DNA from: an uncultured bacterium
GTDB lineage: Bacteria; Acidobacteriota; Thermoanaerobaculia; Multivoradales; JAHZIX01
NCBI GenBank assembly: GCA_965368975.1
Contig: CBDUPA010000011.1
Span: 32,001 to 96,000, forward strand
Reading direction: 5' to 3'
Length of the DNA: 64,000 nucleotides
Translations under genes and position numbers: made by a program
In this document: piece by piece, positions 18,003 through 28,700 of the stretch
Layout: the number at the start of each line of letters is the position of its first letter
Position numbering within the stretch: the stretch's first letter is position 1
Notes under the pieces: model-generated
What the model saw: only the letters and a program-made list of their open reading frames with translations
Databases searched by the model: none
Told to the model about the DNA's origin: nothing

Positions 18003-19775
18003 ATGACACTTGCGATGATGCAAAGAACACGCGTATTTCGAACTCTGGTCAACATTGTGGCGTTGGCGCTGAGCGCTGGTTGCAGTGACGAAGGATCGGT
18101 GTCGCCACCTGGCGAAAGCCCCGAAAAGGTCGCCAACCTCACGGGGGTACCTCAGTGGTTTACGGACATTACCCGTGAAACCGGGCTCGACTTTGTGCAC
18201 GAATCAAGTCCCTTGGATGAGTTTCATACCCCGGCTGTGATGGCCGGTGGTGCTGCCTTCTTCGATTTCGACAACGACGGTGATTTGGATATCTACTTCA
18301 CCAACGGCAACCATATTCTGCCTGCAGCGAGGACCGAGGACGGACCGCGCAACCATCTCTACCGGAACGATGCGGGCCGCTTTGTGGACGTCACCGAAGT
18401 GTCCGGCCTTGGCGATGCCGGCTATGGCATGGGCGTGGCGACGGGTGACATCGACAACGATGGTGACGTGGATGTCTACGTCACCAACTACGGCCGGGAT
18501 CGCCTCTTCCGTAATGAGGGCGACGGGACGTTCAGCGATATCACCGAGGTTGCTGGATTGACTGTGGAGGGCTGGTCGAGCTCGGCCGCCTTCTTCGACT
18601 TCGACCGTGACGGTTTCCTGGACCTCTACGTGACGCGCTACGTCGACTATCGTGCGAGCATGACATGCGTCGGCCAAGATGGTGCGCCGGACTTCTGTGG
18701 TCCCCTGTCCTTTCAACCCGTTCACGACATCCTGCTGCACAACCAGGGTGCTGGCAAGAACGGCGAATCGGTCGCATTCACCGATGTCAGCGAACAAGCT
18801 GGCATCACGTCTGTTGCCGCCGCTGGTCTCGGCGTTGCTTGCCTCGACCTCGACGGTGACGGTTGGCAGGATGTGTACGTCGCCAACGATGCGTATCCGA
18901 ACCAGTTGTGGATCAACCAGGGTGACGCCACTTTCCGAGATGACTCGCTAGTCTTGGGAGCCGCCTACAATCTTCATGGCCAGGCGCAGGCAGGGATGGG
19001 AGTTCTCGCCGAGGACTTCGATGGAAGCGGTACCTTCGACCTCTTCCTGACCCACCTGATGAACGAGGCCAACACCCTATACGGCAATCTCGGTGGCATG
19101 TCTGGCTTCCAGGATGTGAGTGGTAGCAGCGGTCTCGGTCCCTCGAGCATGCCGTATACCGGCTTCGGTGTTGCTGCATTCGACGCCGAGCTCGACGGCG
19201 ATCTCGACCTTTTCATCGCCAACGGCAGGGTCAACATCGCCGGCCCGGTTCCAGGGTCGAGCTACCCGCCGCCCTGGGATACCCTGCCCGAATCGAATCT
19301 TCTTTACCTGAACGATGGCCGCGCCAGCTTCACTCGGCTTGTTGAACCGGCTCAATCCCTCAGCTCGTCGCGTGAGATCAGCCGTGCCGTTGCCAGCGGA
19401 GACATTGATGGCGACGGAGACGTCGACCTGCTAGTCGCGAATCTGCTGGACGGAGCCCGGCTGTACCGGAACGACGCTCCGCACCAGGGGCATTGGCTGT
19501 CCATCCGGGCCGTTGACCCTCGGCTGCGCCGTGACGCGTTGGGGGCGCGGGTGACTTTGGTGCTGGGAGAGTTGCGCGTGGTACGCCATGTCTCGCGATC
19601 TTTCGGCTATCTCGCGAGTCATTCGCCATGGGTTCATTTTGGTTTGGGCGAGGTCGCGGAGTTCGATCACATCGAAGTACGGTGGCCGGACGGCAGCCAA
19701 GAGGTCTTTCCCGGAGGTGCAGCTGATCGCAAGATCTTGCTGCGGCGAGGTGAGGGAGAAGCCGCGAATGGGTAA
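18003..19775 (+). CDS. CRTAC1/ASPIC-UnbV family FG-GAP repeat lipoprotein
   Basis: Lipobox LSAGC; repeated DFDNDGDLD motifs; C-terminal HFGLG...IEVRWPDG; start uncertain (18003/18015/18018). Confidence 0.88.
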   Translation: MTLAMMQRTRVFRTLVNIVALALSAGCSDEGSVSPPGESPEKVANLTGVPQWFTDITRETGLDFVHESSPLDEFHTPAVMAGGAAFFDFDNDGDLDIYFTNGNHILPAARTEDGPRNHLYRNDAGRFVDVTEVSGLGDAGYGMGVATGDIDNDGDVDVYVTNYGRDRLFRNEGDGTFSDITEVAGLTVEGWSSSAAFFDFDRDGFLDLYVTRYVDYRASMTCVGQDGAPDFCGPLSFQPVHDILLHNQGAGKNGESVAFTDVSEQAGITSVAAAGLGVACLDLDGDGWQDVYVANDAYPNQLWINQGDATFRDDSLVLGAAYNLHGQAQAGMGVLAEDFDGSGTFDLFLTHLMNEANTLYGNLGGMSGFQDVSGSSGLGPSSMPYTGFGVAAFDAELDGDLDLFIANGRVNIAGPVPGSSYPPPWDTLPESNLLYLNDGRASFTRLVEPAQSLSSSREISRAVASGDIDGDGDVDLLVANLLDGARLYRNDAPHQGHWLSIRAVDPRLRRDALGARVTLVLGELRVVRHVSRSFGYLASHSPWVHFGLGEVAEFDHIEVRWPDGSQEVFPGGAADRKILLRRGEGEAANG

Positions 19776-21072
19776 GGCCAGCTCACGCAAGCGAGATCGT
19801 GAGACCCGCAGCAAGGATCTCAACCCTTCGCCTCCACAAGTGGCCCGCCTGCGCCGCACATCGATGGTCCTGGGAATCGGTGCGGTGATCGTGCTTGTTG
19901 CGGTGTTGTCGCTCTGGTTCCTGCAGCGTGGGACCGTAGAGCCTTCGATTCTGCTGCCCGACCCGGATACGTCCAACATGACGGCGCCGGTCCAGCGGGC
20001 GATCCACGATGCTCGGGAAGCGGCGCTGAGTCAGCCGGAGTCCGCCGATGCGCTGGGGCGGTTGGCCCAGATATTCCATGCCCATTGGCTCTACGACGAG
20101 GCCGCCGCCTGTTATGAACGCGCTCGCGAGCTTGCACCGCGGGACGTTCGCTGGGTCTACCTACTCGCTGGTGTCGAAGAGATCCGGGGTGCCGACGGTG
20201 AGCAGGTCCGGCCGTTGTTTCGCACCGCGATTCGCTTGGCTCCGCGTTACCCACCGGTCTACGTGCGCTACGGTGACGCCTTGATGCGGCTCGGCCAGTG
20301 GGACGAGGCAAGGAAGGTATATGCACAGGCGGTCGAGCGTGATTCCGAACTGGCCTTAGCTCACCGGGGACTCGGTCAGGCTGCTCTCCAACTGGTAGAT
20401 GGGCCGGGCGCTGTCGAAGCGCTCGAGCGAGCCGCTGTGCTGGAGCCGGAAGACCGAATCGTGCATGCGGCACTGGCCCGAGCCTATGCTCTGGCTGGCC
20501 GTCGAGAGCAGGCGCAAGATGCGGCCCGCAAGGCCGAGGCATCGGACGAAGAAGCGCAGCTGCCCGACCCGATCTTCTTCGACATGGAGAGCCTTGCGGT
20601 CGATCCGCGCAGTCTGCGTGATCGGGCTGCTCGAGCTATGCAAGGAGGTGACTACCCGCAGGCAATTGAAGCTCTTACGCTCCTCGCCGAGAGTGCCGGT
20701 GCATCTGCCGACGAGCAGCTGGGTGTTGCGCACAAGCTATTGGCCAATCAATATGCCTTCCAGGGCGACTTCGAGTCGGCGCTTCTGGAGTTCGAGCGCG
20801 CTGCCCGCCTGGCACCGCGGGATCCTGAGATCGAGCACAATTGGGGAACGGTACTCTTGCGCCAGGGCGATTCGCCACGAGCCGAGCCTCACTTTCGTAA
20901 AGCGATCGAACTCAACCCGGCATCCGCGGACAGTCTCTACAATCTGGGGGTGACACTCGAGAATCAGAACCGTACCGAGGAAGCTGTCGAGGTGTTTGCC
21001 AGGGCTGCGGCGATCCAACCTCAACACGTGGCCGCACAGCGGCTCGCAGAACTAGAATCTGCTGCTCACTGA
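19768..21072 (+). CDS. Membrane-anchored TPR protein
   Basis: ATG overlaps the upstream gene end; N-terminal TM helix; multiple TPRs (HNWGTVLL, LYNLGVTL). Confidence 0.85.
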   Translation: MGKASSRKRDRETRSKDLNPSPPQVARLRRTSMVLGIGAVIVLVAVLSLWFLQRGTVEPSILLPDPDTSNMTAPVQRAIHDAREAALSQPESADALGRLAQIFHAHWLYDEAAACYERARELAPRDVRWVYLLAGVEEIRGADGEQVRPLFRTAIRLAPRYPPVYVRYGDALMRLGQWDEARKVYAQAVERDSELALAHRGLGQAALQLVDGPGAVEALERAAVLEPEDRIVHAALARAYALAGRREQAQDAARKAEASDEEAQLPDPIFFDMESLAVDPRSLRDRAARAMQGGDYPQAIEALTLLAESAGASADEQLGVAHKLLANQYAFQGDFESALLEFERAARLAPRDPEIEHNWGTVLLRQGDSPRAEPHFRKAIELNPASADSLYNLGVTLENQNRTEEAVEVFARAAAIQPQHVAAQRLAELESAAH

Positions 21073-22478
21073 GGAGGTCGTTTGATGCCGTACTTCTTGA
21101 TCTTCTCGTAGAGCGTGCTGCGCTGAATTCCGAGGTCCTTGGCTGCCGAGGTCACGGCTCCTTCATGCCGCCATAGGACCCGCTCGATATGCAGGGCTTC
21201 GAGTTCTTCGAGGCTCAGGTCGAGTTGTCCGGAGGCCTCTCCGAAGACACTCTCGAACGAGAAGTCACTCTGCTCGATGATCATGCTGTCACCCAAGAGC
21301 ATGGCATGTTCTAGGACATTGCGCAGCTCGCGGATGTTGCCGGGCCAACGATAGTTGATCAGTGCGTCGATCGCGCCTTGCGAGAGCCTCGTCCTGGAGC
21401 GGCCGAGTTCACGGGCAAGCTGCTCGAAGATGTACGCGGCCAGAATCGGAATGTCTTCCGCGCGGTGCCGGAGCGCGGGAAGCTCGAGTTTGAAGGTGCT
21501 GAGCCGGAAGTAGAGATCCGAGCGAAAAGTGCCACTCTTGACCATCTTGGCCAGCTTCTGGTGGGTGGCTGCGAGCAGGTGCACATTCACGCGGCGTTCG
21601 GTGACATCTCCCAAGCGCCTGAAGGTTTGCTCTTCGAGGGTCTTGAGCAACTTGGCCTGGATACCAAGGTCCATGTCGCCGATCTCGTCGAGGAAGAGGG
21701 TGCCATGATCAGCTACTTCCAGCAGGCCTTTCTTCTCGCTGCTAGCTCCGGTGAAAGCTCCTCTCGCGTGACCGAACAGCTCATTTTCCAGCAGCTCACT
21801 CTTGAGTCCGGCGCAGTTGAGCTGGACAAAGGCCTCGTCGCGCCGGGGACCATGATCGTGTAGCCAGCGAGCCATCAGCCCTTTACCGGTGCCAGTCTCA
21901 CCCAGAAGCAGCACTGGGCGGTGGGTGCTGGTGATCTTTCTGGCCAGGATCTCCAGTTTCTGGATACTCTGGCTCTGGCCGCGAAAGGGGTCGGGCTGGT
22001 GCTGATTGCGATTGGCGTCATAGCCAGCGTTACGGCGGCGTGCTTGTACCTCGGCCAGACAACGCTCGAGTGCTGCAACCAGGGTGGTAGGAGCTATCGG
22101 CTTGGTCAGGAAGTGGTCGGCTCCCTGTTGCATCGCTTCGATGGCGAGCCCGACAGCATCAGGTTCCGTCAGGACGATCACGGATATCTGACGGCCAACA
22201 TTGCGAAACATCGCGAGGATATCGAGTACCGTGCCGTCTTCGAGTCGGGAGGACAGGAGGGCTGCGTGAAGAGGTTGGTCGGCGATGATCCTTTCAACCT
22301 GGGCGCAGTTCCTCGCCTCAATCACACGAATTTCCTTGCGATTCAGGCTCTCGCGGACTAATGCTCGGAGCGTTGGGTCGTGATCGACAAGGAGGAGAAG
22401 GGGTTTGTCGCTTTGGAGTTCCGTAATCGAGTTGCGGAAGGCATCAGAATGGGTCTCTTCAGAAGGCTCTGAGAGCAT
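21066..22478 (-). CDS. Sigma54-dependent activator (NtrC family: receiver-like, AAA+, Fis HTH)
   Basis: GETGTGK, GAFTGA, LFLDEIG, WPGNIREL, AAKDLGIQRSTLY motifs. Confidence 0.93.
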   Translation of the reverse strand: MLSEPSEETHSDAFRNSITELQSDKPLLLLVDHDPTLRALVRESLNRKEIRVIEARNCAQVERIIADQPLHAALLSSRLEDGTVLDILAMFRNVGRQISVIVLTEPDAVGLAIEAMQQGADHFLTKPIAPTTLVAALERCLAEVQARRRNAGYDANRNQHQPDPFRGQSQSIQKLEILARKITSTHRPVLLLGETGTGKGLMARWLHDHGPRRDEAFVQLNCAGLKSELLENELFGHARGAFTGASSEKKGLLEVADHGTLFLDEIGDMDLGIQAKLLKTLEEQTFRRLGDVTERRVNVHLLAATHQKLAKMVKSGTFRSDLYFRLSTFKLELPALRHRAEDIPILAAYIFEQLARELGRSRTRLSQGAIDALINYRWPGNIRELRNVLEHAMLLGDSMIIEQSDFSFESVFGEASGQLDLSLEELEALHIERVLWRHEGAVTSAAKDLGIQRSTLYEKIKKYGIKRPPQ

Positions 22479-22734
22479 GGCAGAACTCCCCTTAGGAAAG
22501 AATTCGAAATCACACCAGCAGCTTTAGGGAATCGGAGTCCAACAAGATAACCCATCAACAAGAAAACACTATACCACACAGAACTCCCGATGCGGCGGGC
22601 AGTCCGAAGCGGTTCAAGCCACCGTCGAACCCTGGTGGTAGAGATGGACTCGGTTGGTCAAGTGGAGTCAAGACACTGCAACCTCCGGCACCGAGTGGTG
22701 AGAGCCGTGGTTCATCAGGTTGTGAAGGTACGTC

Positions 22735-22774
22735 TTGACATTAAGGCCTATGGTGCTACAGTCTTGTATAGCAC
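22735..22774 (+). promoter_or_regulatory. Sigma70 promoter overlapped by a YtrA-type operator
   Basis: TTGACA (22735-22740), 16 nt, extended -10 TGcTACAGT; dyad GTGCTA-N10-TAGCAC (22753-22774). Confidence 0.75.
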
Positions 22775-22816
22775 TGAGTCTGAGCAGGAAGATAAGCGTA
22801 GGCTAGAGGAAAACCC

Positions 22817-23254
22817 ATGCAGTTCCACATCAACCCCGGTGCCGAACTCCCGATCTACCGCCAGATAATGCGCCAGGTCGGTGACGCCATCGCGGGTGGC
22901 CGCTTGGTTGCGGGTGACCAGATGCCGTCGCAGCGGGAGTTGGCGCAACGACTGGTGATCGCACCCTTGACGGTTAAAAAGGCCTACGACGAGTTGGAAC
23001 ACCAGGGATTGATCGAAACACGCCGTGGCCGTGGCACCTTTGTACGTGCTGCCCCCAGTGCCGCCGACCTGGAAGCTCAGCGCCGGCGTTTACAAAGCAG
23101 CGTGCGGCGGCTCTTGACTGAGGCCTATCTGGGCAACGTGCCGTTGGAAGAAGTCCTCGCTTTGCTTCACCAAACGGACGCCGAGTTGCGTGCTGAACGA
23201 GCTCGCCGCAGCGGAGCGAAAGCGCCAACTCTGGAACAGGAGGTGTCTTCATGA
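22817..23254 (+). CDS. GntR family regulator, YtrA subfamily
   Basis: PIYRQI, PSQRELA, TVKKAYDEL, RGRGTFV; short C-terminus; precedes an ABC ATPase. Confidence 0.92.
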   Translation: MQFHINPGAELPIYRQIMRQVGDAIAGGRLVAGDQMPSQRELAQRLVIAPLTVKKAYDELEHQGLIETRRGRGTFVRAAPSAADLEAQRRRLQSSVRRLLTEAYLGNVPLEEVLALLHQTDAELRAERARRSGAKAPTLEQEVSS

Positions 23255-24141
23255 ATGTACTTGAATTCCAAGATATCCACCGCGCCTATGTGCGTGGGCA
23301 GGATGTCCTGAGCGGCATCGACTTGATACTCGATGAGGGCGAAACGGTGGCACTGTTGGGACGTAACGGTGCGGGCAAGACGACGCTGCTGCGCATCGCC
23401 ATGGGCATGCTCGAAGCACAGCGAGGCACGGTGCGCGTTTTCGGCCTGGATCCGCGGAAGGACGCCGTCGAGGTCAAGCGGCGCATCGGTTACATGGCCG
23501 AGGACCAAGTGCTACCGGGCTTCATGCGCGTGCAGCAGGTGATCGACTTGCACCGCAGCCTGTTCGCAACCTGGGACGACATTCTTGCAGCCGAGTTGGA
23601 GCAGCGCTTCGGGCTCGATTCGCGGGCTCGCATCCGACAGCTATCCAAGGGGCAGGCGCGGCAGGTCGCGCTGCTCTGCGCCGTGGCGCACCGGCCGGAA
23701 CTGCTAATCCTAGACGAACCGGCGGGCGGCCTCGACCCTGCGGCACGGCGCGAGTTTCTAGAGGTTTCGATTCGTATGCTCAGCGACGGTGGCACCACCA
23801 TCCTGTTCTCGTCTCACCACCTATCCGATGTCGAGCGCATGGCTGATCGCGTCGTCATGCTGCGGGATCACGGTGTGCTGCTGGACAGTTCCTTGGAGCA
23901 ACTGCGGGAGGACTGCTCACTGGCCTTGCTGCCGGCAAACAGGGGCACGTACGAACACCTCCGGCAACTCCCCGGTTGCCTGACCGTGCGCCAGCGCGGC
24001 GACACCCTGCAAGCTCTCTTCCAGCGCCAGCCGCAGGCGTTGCAGCAAGAATTGCGCACCGAGTTCGGTGTGACGGACTTCAGCTGTGCTCCAAGCACAC
24101 TGGAAGACATGTTTGTCGAGTTGCTTGGCGACCGGAGCTGA
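23251..24141 (+). CDS. ABC transporter ATP-binding protein (YtrB-like)
   Basis: GRNGAGKT, LSKGQ, LILDEP, SSH motifs. Confidence 0.93.
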   Translation: MNVLEFQDIHRAYVRGQDVLSGIDLILDEGETVALLGRNGAGKTTLLRIAMGMLEAQRGTVRVFGLDPRKDAVEVKRRIGYMAEDQVLPGFMRVQQVIDLHRSLFATWDDILAAELEQRFGLDSRARIRQLSKGQARQVALLCAVAHRPELLILDEPAGGLDPAARREFLEVSIRMLSDGGTTILFSSHHLSDVERMADRVVMLRDHGVLLDSSLEQLREDCSLALLPANRGTYEHLRQLPGCLTVRQRGDTLQALFQRQPQALQQELRTEFGVTDFSCAPSTLEDMFVELLGDRS

Positions 24142-24145
24142 GGTC

Positions 24146-25672
24146 ATGCTGAGACGCATTGTCAACGACGCCTCCCTACGCTCGCTACCCTTGTTGTTAC
24201 CCTTCAGCTTAGTAGCCAGCGTGCCGCTAACCGTCATCCTGTCTTGGCCCTTGACGCTCGCGCTACTTCGGTTCTGTCAGCTTCTGGGATTCAGTCCACC
24301 GCCAGAGCGCGAGATCCTGTGGTTGGTCGGACTGTGGGGACCACCTGTACTCTCTCTGTTGTGGTGCTGCGTACACCGTCGCTGCCTGGCCTTTGAGCTC
24401 GCCTTGCCGCTGTCGGCCCGGAGACTCTGGCTGAGTCGGTTGCTCTCGGTGCTCCTGGCCACAGCTCTGGTTACTGCTACTGCGATTCTGTGTCTCGTTC
24501 TGGTACGTACCCTGTTGGCTCACGGACCGTTCGTGCCCGAGATGGATATCCTGGCTTTTTCTCTCCGCCTCGGTACCGTTGTGATCCTCGCCACTGTGCT
24601 GCTTGCGGCGCGGCACCTTGAACTAGCTTTCCGGTGTCCGGATGGACCGATGAGAACCGCCGAGATGCTGGTCCTCTGGATCGCAGGGCTGGGTGGACTC
24701 CTGTTGCTGCAGGCACTGCCTCTGGCCGCATCTCTTGTACCTTTGGTCCTAGCAGTTACCGTCGGTGTTGCCAGCTATCGCGCTTTGCCAGCCACCTTCT
24801 CGATGCTGCCGTTGGCACCAGCCTCTGAGCCGGCGCTCAGCGTACCCCCGGCTGACGGTGCGTTGCCCGGGGCCGTGCCGGTATTTCCTACAGCTGGGCG
24901 GTTTCACACTCCTGGCCGGGTCGGTACGGGCGGCTTCTGGCTGCTGCTCCTCACCTTCTGGCGTACTCCTTATGTCAAGGGGGCGATGCCTTGCTGGGTT
25001 CTCTTCCTACCAGTCCTGATGTTCTTCGGTGTGCTGCAGTCGGGCACGCAGGGGTTCGGCCTGAGCGAGGCAGACCTACGCCTGAATTACGCCTTGATGG
25101 CCTGGTACCTGCCACTGGTCTTCGTCTGGCCGGTGCTACACAACCTCAAGATTTTCTCTGCTCTGCCGGTGTCCCGGCGGCTGGTGCTGGCGCTGTGGAC
25201 GGTGCCCGTCGTGTTGATGGTTGTAGCCGGCTACGCCCTCGGCCGCCTCGTTTCCTCGGAGACGGCACGGGCAGGGGACGAGCAGAGCTTCCTGCCGTTG
25301 CTCGTGCTGGTCATGTTGGTGCCCTGGCTGCTCGAGGTGGCGATTCTGGCCCGCACCTTCCGCTCCGACGTCAGCAAGCTGCAGCGAACGGTCTGTCTGT
25401 GGTCGCTGCTCGCAGTCTCGTTGCTGGGCTTCGTGGGCATGCCGGTTGCCGACCTGGCCGGCGTCATGGAAATGGAAGAGCCAACCGCCCGCTTGCACAT
25501 GCTGGCGTCGCAACTGACCGCACAGGAGCCTGGCCGCACACTGCTGCTGTGGGGTTTCGTGCTCGCTGCCGTTGCGCTGGCCTATCGGTTCGCTAGCCAG
25601 CAGTTCAACCGCCTCGATGCGGTGTCGCCGGACATCTCGAAGGTGGTGAGTGCGCTTGGCGATCGGGGCTAG
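24146..25672 (+). CDS. Multi-TM membrane protein, probable ABC permease
   Basis: Many hydrophobic segments; two LP(L/V)S(A/R)R motifs; follows the ATPase. Confidence 0.7.
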   Translation: MLRRIVNDASLRSLPLLLPFSLVASVPLTVILSWPLTLALLRFCQLLGFSPPPEREILWLVGLWGPPVLSLLWCCVHRRCLAFELALPLSARRLWLSRLLSVLLATALVTATAILCLVLVRTLLAHGPFVPEMDILAFSLRLGTVVILATVLLAARHLELAFRCPDGPMRTAEMLVLWIAGLGGLLLLQALPLAASLVPLVLAVTVGVASYRALPATFSMLPLAPASEPALSVPPADGALPGAVPVFPTAGRFHTPGRVGTGGFWLLLLTFWRTPYVKGAMPCWVLFLPVLMFFGVLQSGTQGFGLSEADLRLNYALMAWYLPLVFVWPVLHNLKIFSALPVSRRLVLALWTVPVVLMVVAGYALGRLVSSETARAGDEQSFLPLLVLVMLVPWLLEVAILARTFRSDVSKLQRTVCLWSLLAVSLLGFVGMPVADLAGVMEMEEPTARLHMLASQLTAQEPGRTLLLWGFVLAAVALAYRFASQQFNRLDAVSPDISKVVSALGDRG

Positions 25673-25799
25673 CAGTAGAAAAGGCCCCCTACTTCCAGTT
25701 CGCTGTTCCTGGCCCAAAGAAGATCGATCCAAGAATCATGGTGAAATCCCGCCTCCCCGGCACGCTCTCGACGAGAGCCAAGAATTCGTATCGATATTC

Positions 25800-28700
25800 T
25801 CAGCTCAACAGAACTTCCAAATCCTCCCGCGTCAACTCCTGCAACGGCCCACTATCCGTCCGAATAATCGCATCCGCCAGATCCCGCTTCTGCTGTTGCA
25901 GCTCGATGATCTTCTCTTCCACCGTTCCCTTGCAGATCAACCTGTACGCAAACACATGACGCGTCTGCCCGATCCGATGGGCACGGTCGATGGCTTGGGC
26001 TTCGATCGCCGGGTTCCACCACGGATCCAGAATAAACACGTAGTCGGCCGCCGTCAGGTTCAACCCCAGCCCACCAGCCTTTAGCGAAATCAGGAAGACC
26101 GGCGGGCCGTCGTCGCTCTGGAAGTTCTCGACGCGCTCTTGACGGTTGCGTGTCTGGCCGTCCAGGTACTCGTACTGCAACCCGGCTTGGTCGAGCGCCT
26201 TGCGCACCAGAGCCAGCAGGCTGGTGAACTGGGAGAACACCAGTGCGCGGTGACCCTGGTCACACACTTCCAGGAGCTGCGGCAGCAGAACTTCGAGCTT
26301 GGCGCTCGCCTCGCTCCGATGGTCCTCGGCGACCAGGGCAGGGTGACAGGCGACTTGACGGAGGCGGAGCAGGGCTTCGAGGACCTGCATCCTGGAGCGG
26401 TTGAGGCCCTGACTGTCGATCTTCTGCAGCAGCGAGCCGCGGTAGTAGTCGCGCATCTCGTCGTACAGCTCGCGCTGGCGCGGCTTCATGTCGCAGTAGA
26501 GGGTCTGCTCGATCTTTTCCGGTAGATCCGGGGCCACCTGTTCCTTGGTGCGGCGCAGGATGAAGGGGCGCACGGCTTTGGCCAGGAGCTCGCGGCTGGC
26601 GGCGTCGGTGCCGTTGCCGTTGCCGAGGACGTCCTTGAAGCGACCATCGCTGCCCAGCATGCCGGGGTTGAGGAATTCGAACAGCGACCACAGCTCGCCC
26701 AGGTGGTTCTCGATCGGCGTGCCGGAGAGGGCTAGGCGGTTGCGGCCGCGCAGCAGGCGGGCGGCCTTGGCGGACTGGCTGGAAGGGTTCTTGATCGCCT
26801 GGGCTTCGTCCAGGATCACGTAGTCGAAGTCGTGTTCCTGGAACACCAAGACGTCGCGGCGCAGGATGCCGTAGGTGGTGATGATCAGGTGGTGTTCGGC
26901 GATCTGCTTGCGCAGGCCCTCGCGGTGGATGCCGGTGTAGTCGAGGGTGGTCAGGCGCGGGGTGAAGCGGGCGGCTTCGCGCAGCCAGTTGAAGACCAGG
27001 GAGCGGGGCACGACGACCAGGCTGGTGCCGGTGGTGTTGCGGGCCCGGCGACGCTCTTCGAGGAGGGCGAGTACTTGCACGGTCTTGCCCAACCCCATGT
27101 CGTCGGCCAGGCAGCCGCCGAAGCCGAAGTCGCGCAGGAACTGGAACCAGCCGAGGGCCTGACGTTGGTATTCGCGCAGCATGCCGCGGAACGTGGTGGG
27201 CTCGCGACGTGCGCGTACGCCTTCGAATTTCTGCAGGCGGCGGCGGAAGCCGTGGAAGCGGCCGTCTTGTTGGACTTCCGGCAGCGTGGCGAGCAGGGAG
27301 TCGAGCAGGGCGCCCTGGGAGGCATTGAAGCGAACGTGACCGTCTTCTTCTTCGCCCAGGGCTGCCAGCAGGCCGCAGCGCTTGAGCCAGTCTTCGGGCA
27401 GCAGGCCGACGGAGCCGTCGCCGAGCTGCACGGTGTTGTGGCCGGCGCGGACGGCGGCCAGCAGGCGCGGCAGCGGTACGGGTTCACCCTCGAACTCGAT
27501 CTCACCGCGCAGTTCGAACCAGTCAGCTCCAGACGACAGGGCGAGCTGGAACTGACCGATCGGTCGGTGGATCTTGCCGTCAGCCTCGACGCGCCAACCT
27601 TCCTCGAGCAGGTCGCGCACCAGCTCCGGGAAGCGGCGCGGGGTCAAGTAGGCGTCGTAGGGGTCTTCCTCGGCGCCCAGCCGGGCGCCCATGTTGGCCA
27701 AGTGTTGCAGTGCTTTGGCCTCGGCCTGCGGCTGACGGGCCAGCAGTTCGCGGCCGTCCTCGCGGCGCACCAGCGGCCGAGGGTCGCGCAGGCGGACTTG
27801 CTGGCCGTCGTAGTTGAAGCACAGCAGGCACCCGACACGGCGCCGCACCGAGCCGTCGCGGGTGTCGACTTCGGCGACCACGTGCGGCTGCGGCTCGACG
27901 TCGTGCTTCAGCCGCCAGTCGTCGGGCAGCTCGAGTAGGGGTTGGCTGGGCAGGTCGAGGATCGCCTCGATCAGTGCTTCTTTCTCTTTCGGGCCGGCCT
28001 CCAGTACTTGCTCCTGCCGCAGCAGCGTGACCCAGGCGAAGGCGCCCCGGTGGTCGAAGGCGGCGACGTGGCCGTCGGCGAACAGCTGACCGTACATCAG
28101 CAGCAACTCTGGTTCGCCGAGGTCCATGTACTCGTCGCTGTCGTTGCCGTTGCTGTTTTCGGGGCCGCGCGGGCGGCGCAGGAAGCCACGAACCTGGCAG
28201 CCCTCGTCGTTGGTGCTGATGCGCAAGCCCAGGACCCACGGCGGGCCGTCGTGCCACTCCAGCGGTGTCTCGCCCAACTCACCGTTGCGCCGCAGGTGGA
28301 AACGGCCGGTGCGGCACAGTAACGGCATCAGGAGGCCAGCGTTGCTGTCGTCGAGTAGGTAGCTAGGGCTGGACGGTTCCTGCGACACGCCGAAGAAGCG
28401 GTCTTCGTCCGAGCGGGCGCCGCGCAGTGCGCTGAGGATCTGACGATCGCGCGGGTCGGGCAGCTGCAGGATCTCTTCCGGCGCTGCTCGGAACGCCTTG
28501 AGTACGCCCCAGTTGCCATTGCTCTTGCGCTGGCGGCTGTGCAGCTCGAGCACGGGTGTGCCCGCGTCGACGGCACCGTCGACATCGAGCACGTAGACGA
28601 TCTCACCGCGATCGAGGGGACGGTAGGCGGGTTGCGACTCTTGCAGCCGGGTGCGCAACCGGCTGAGCTGGGTCTGCCAGCGCGGTACCGTTTCCTCTTC

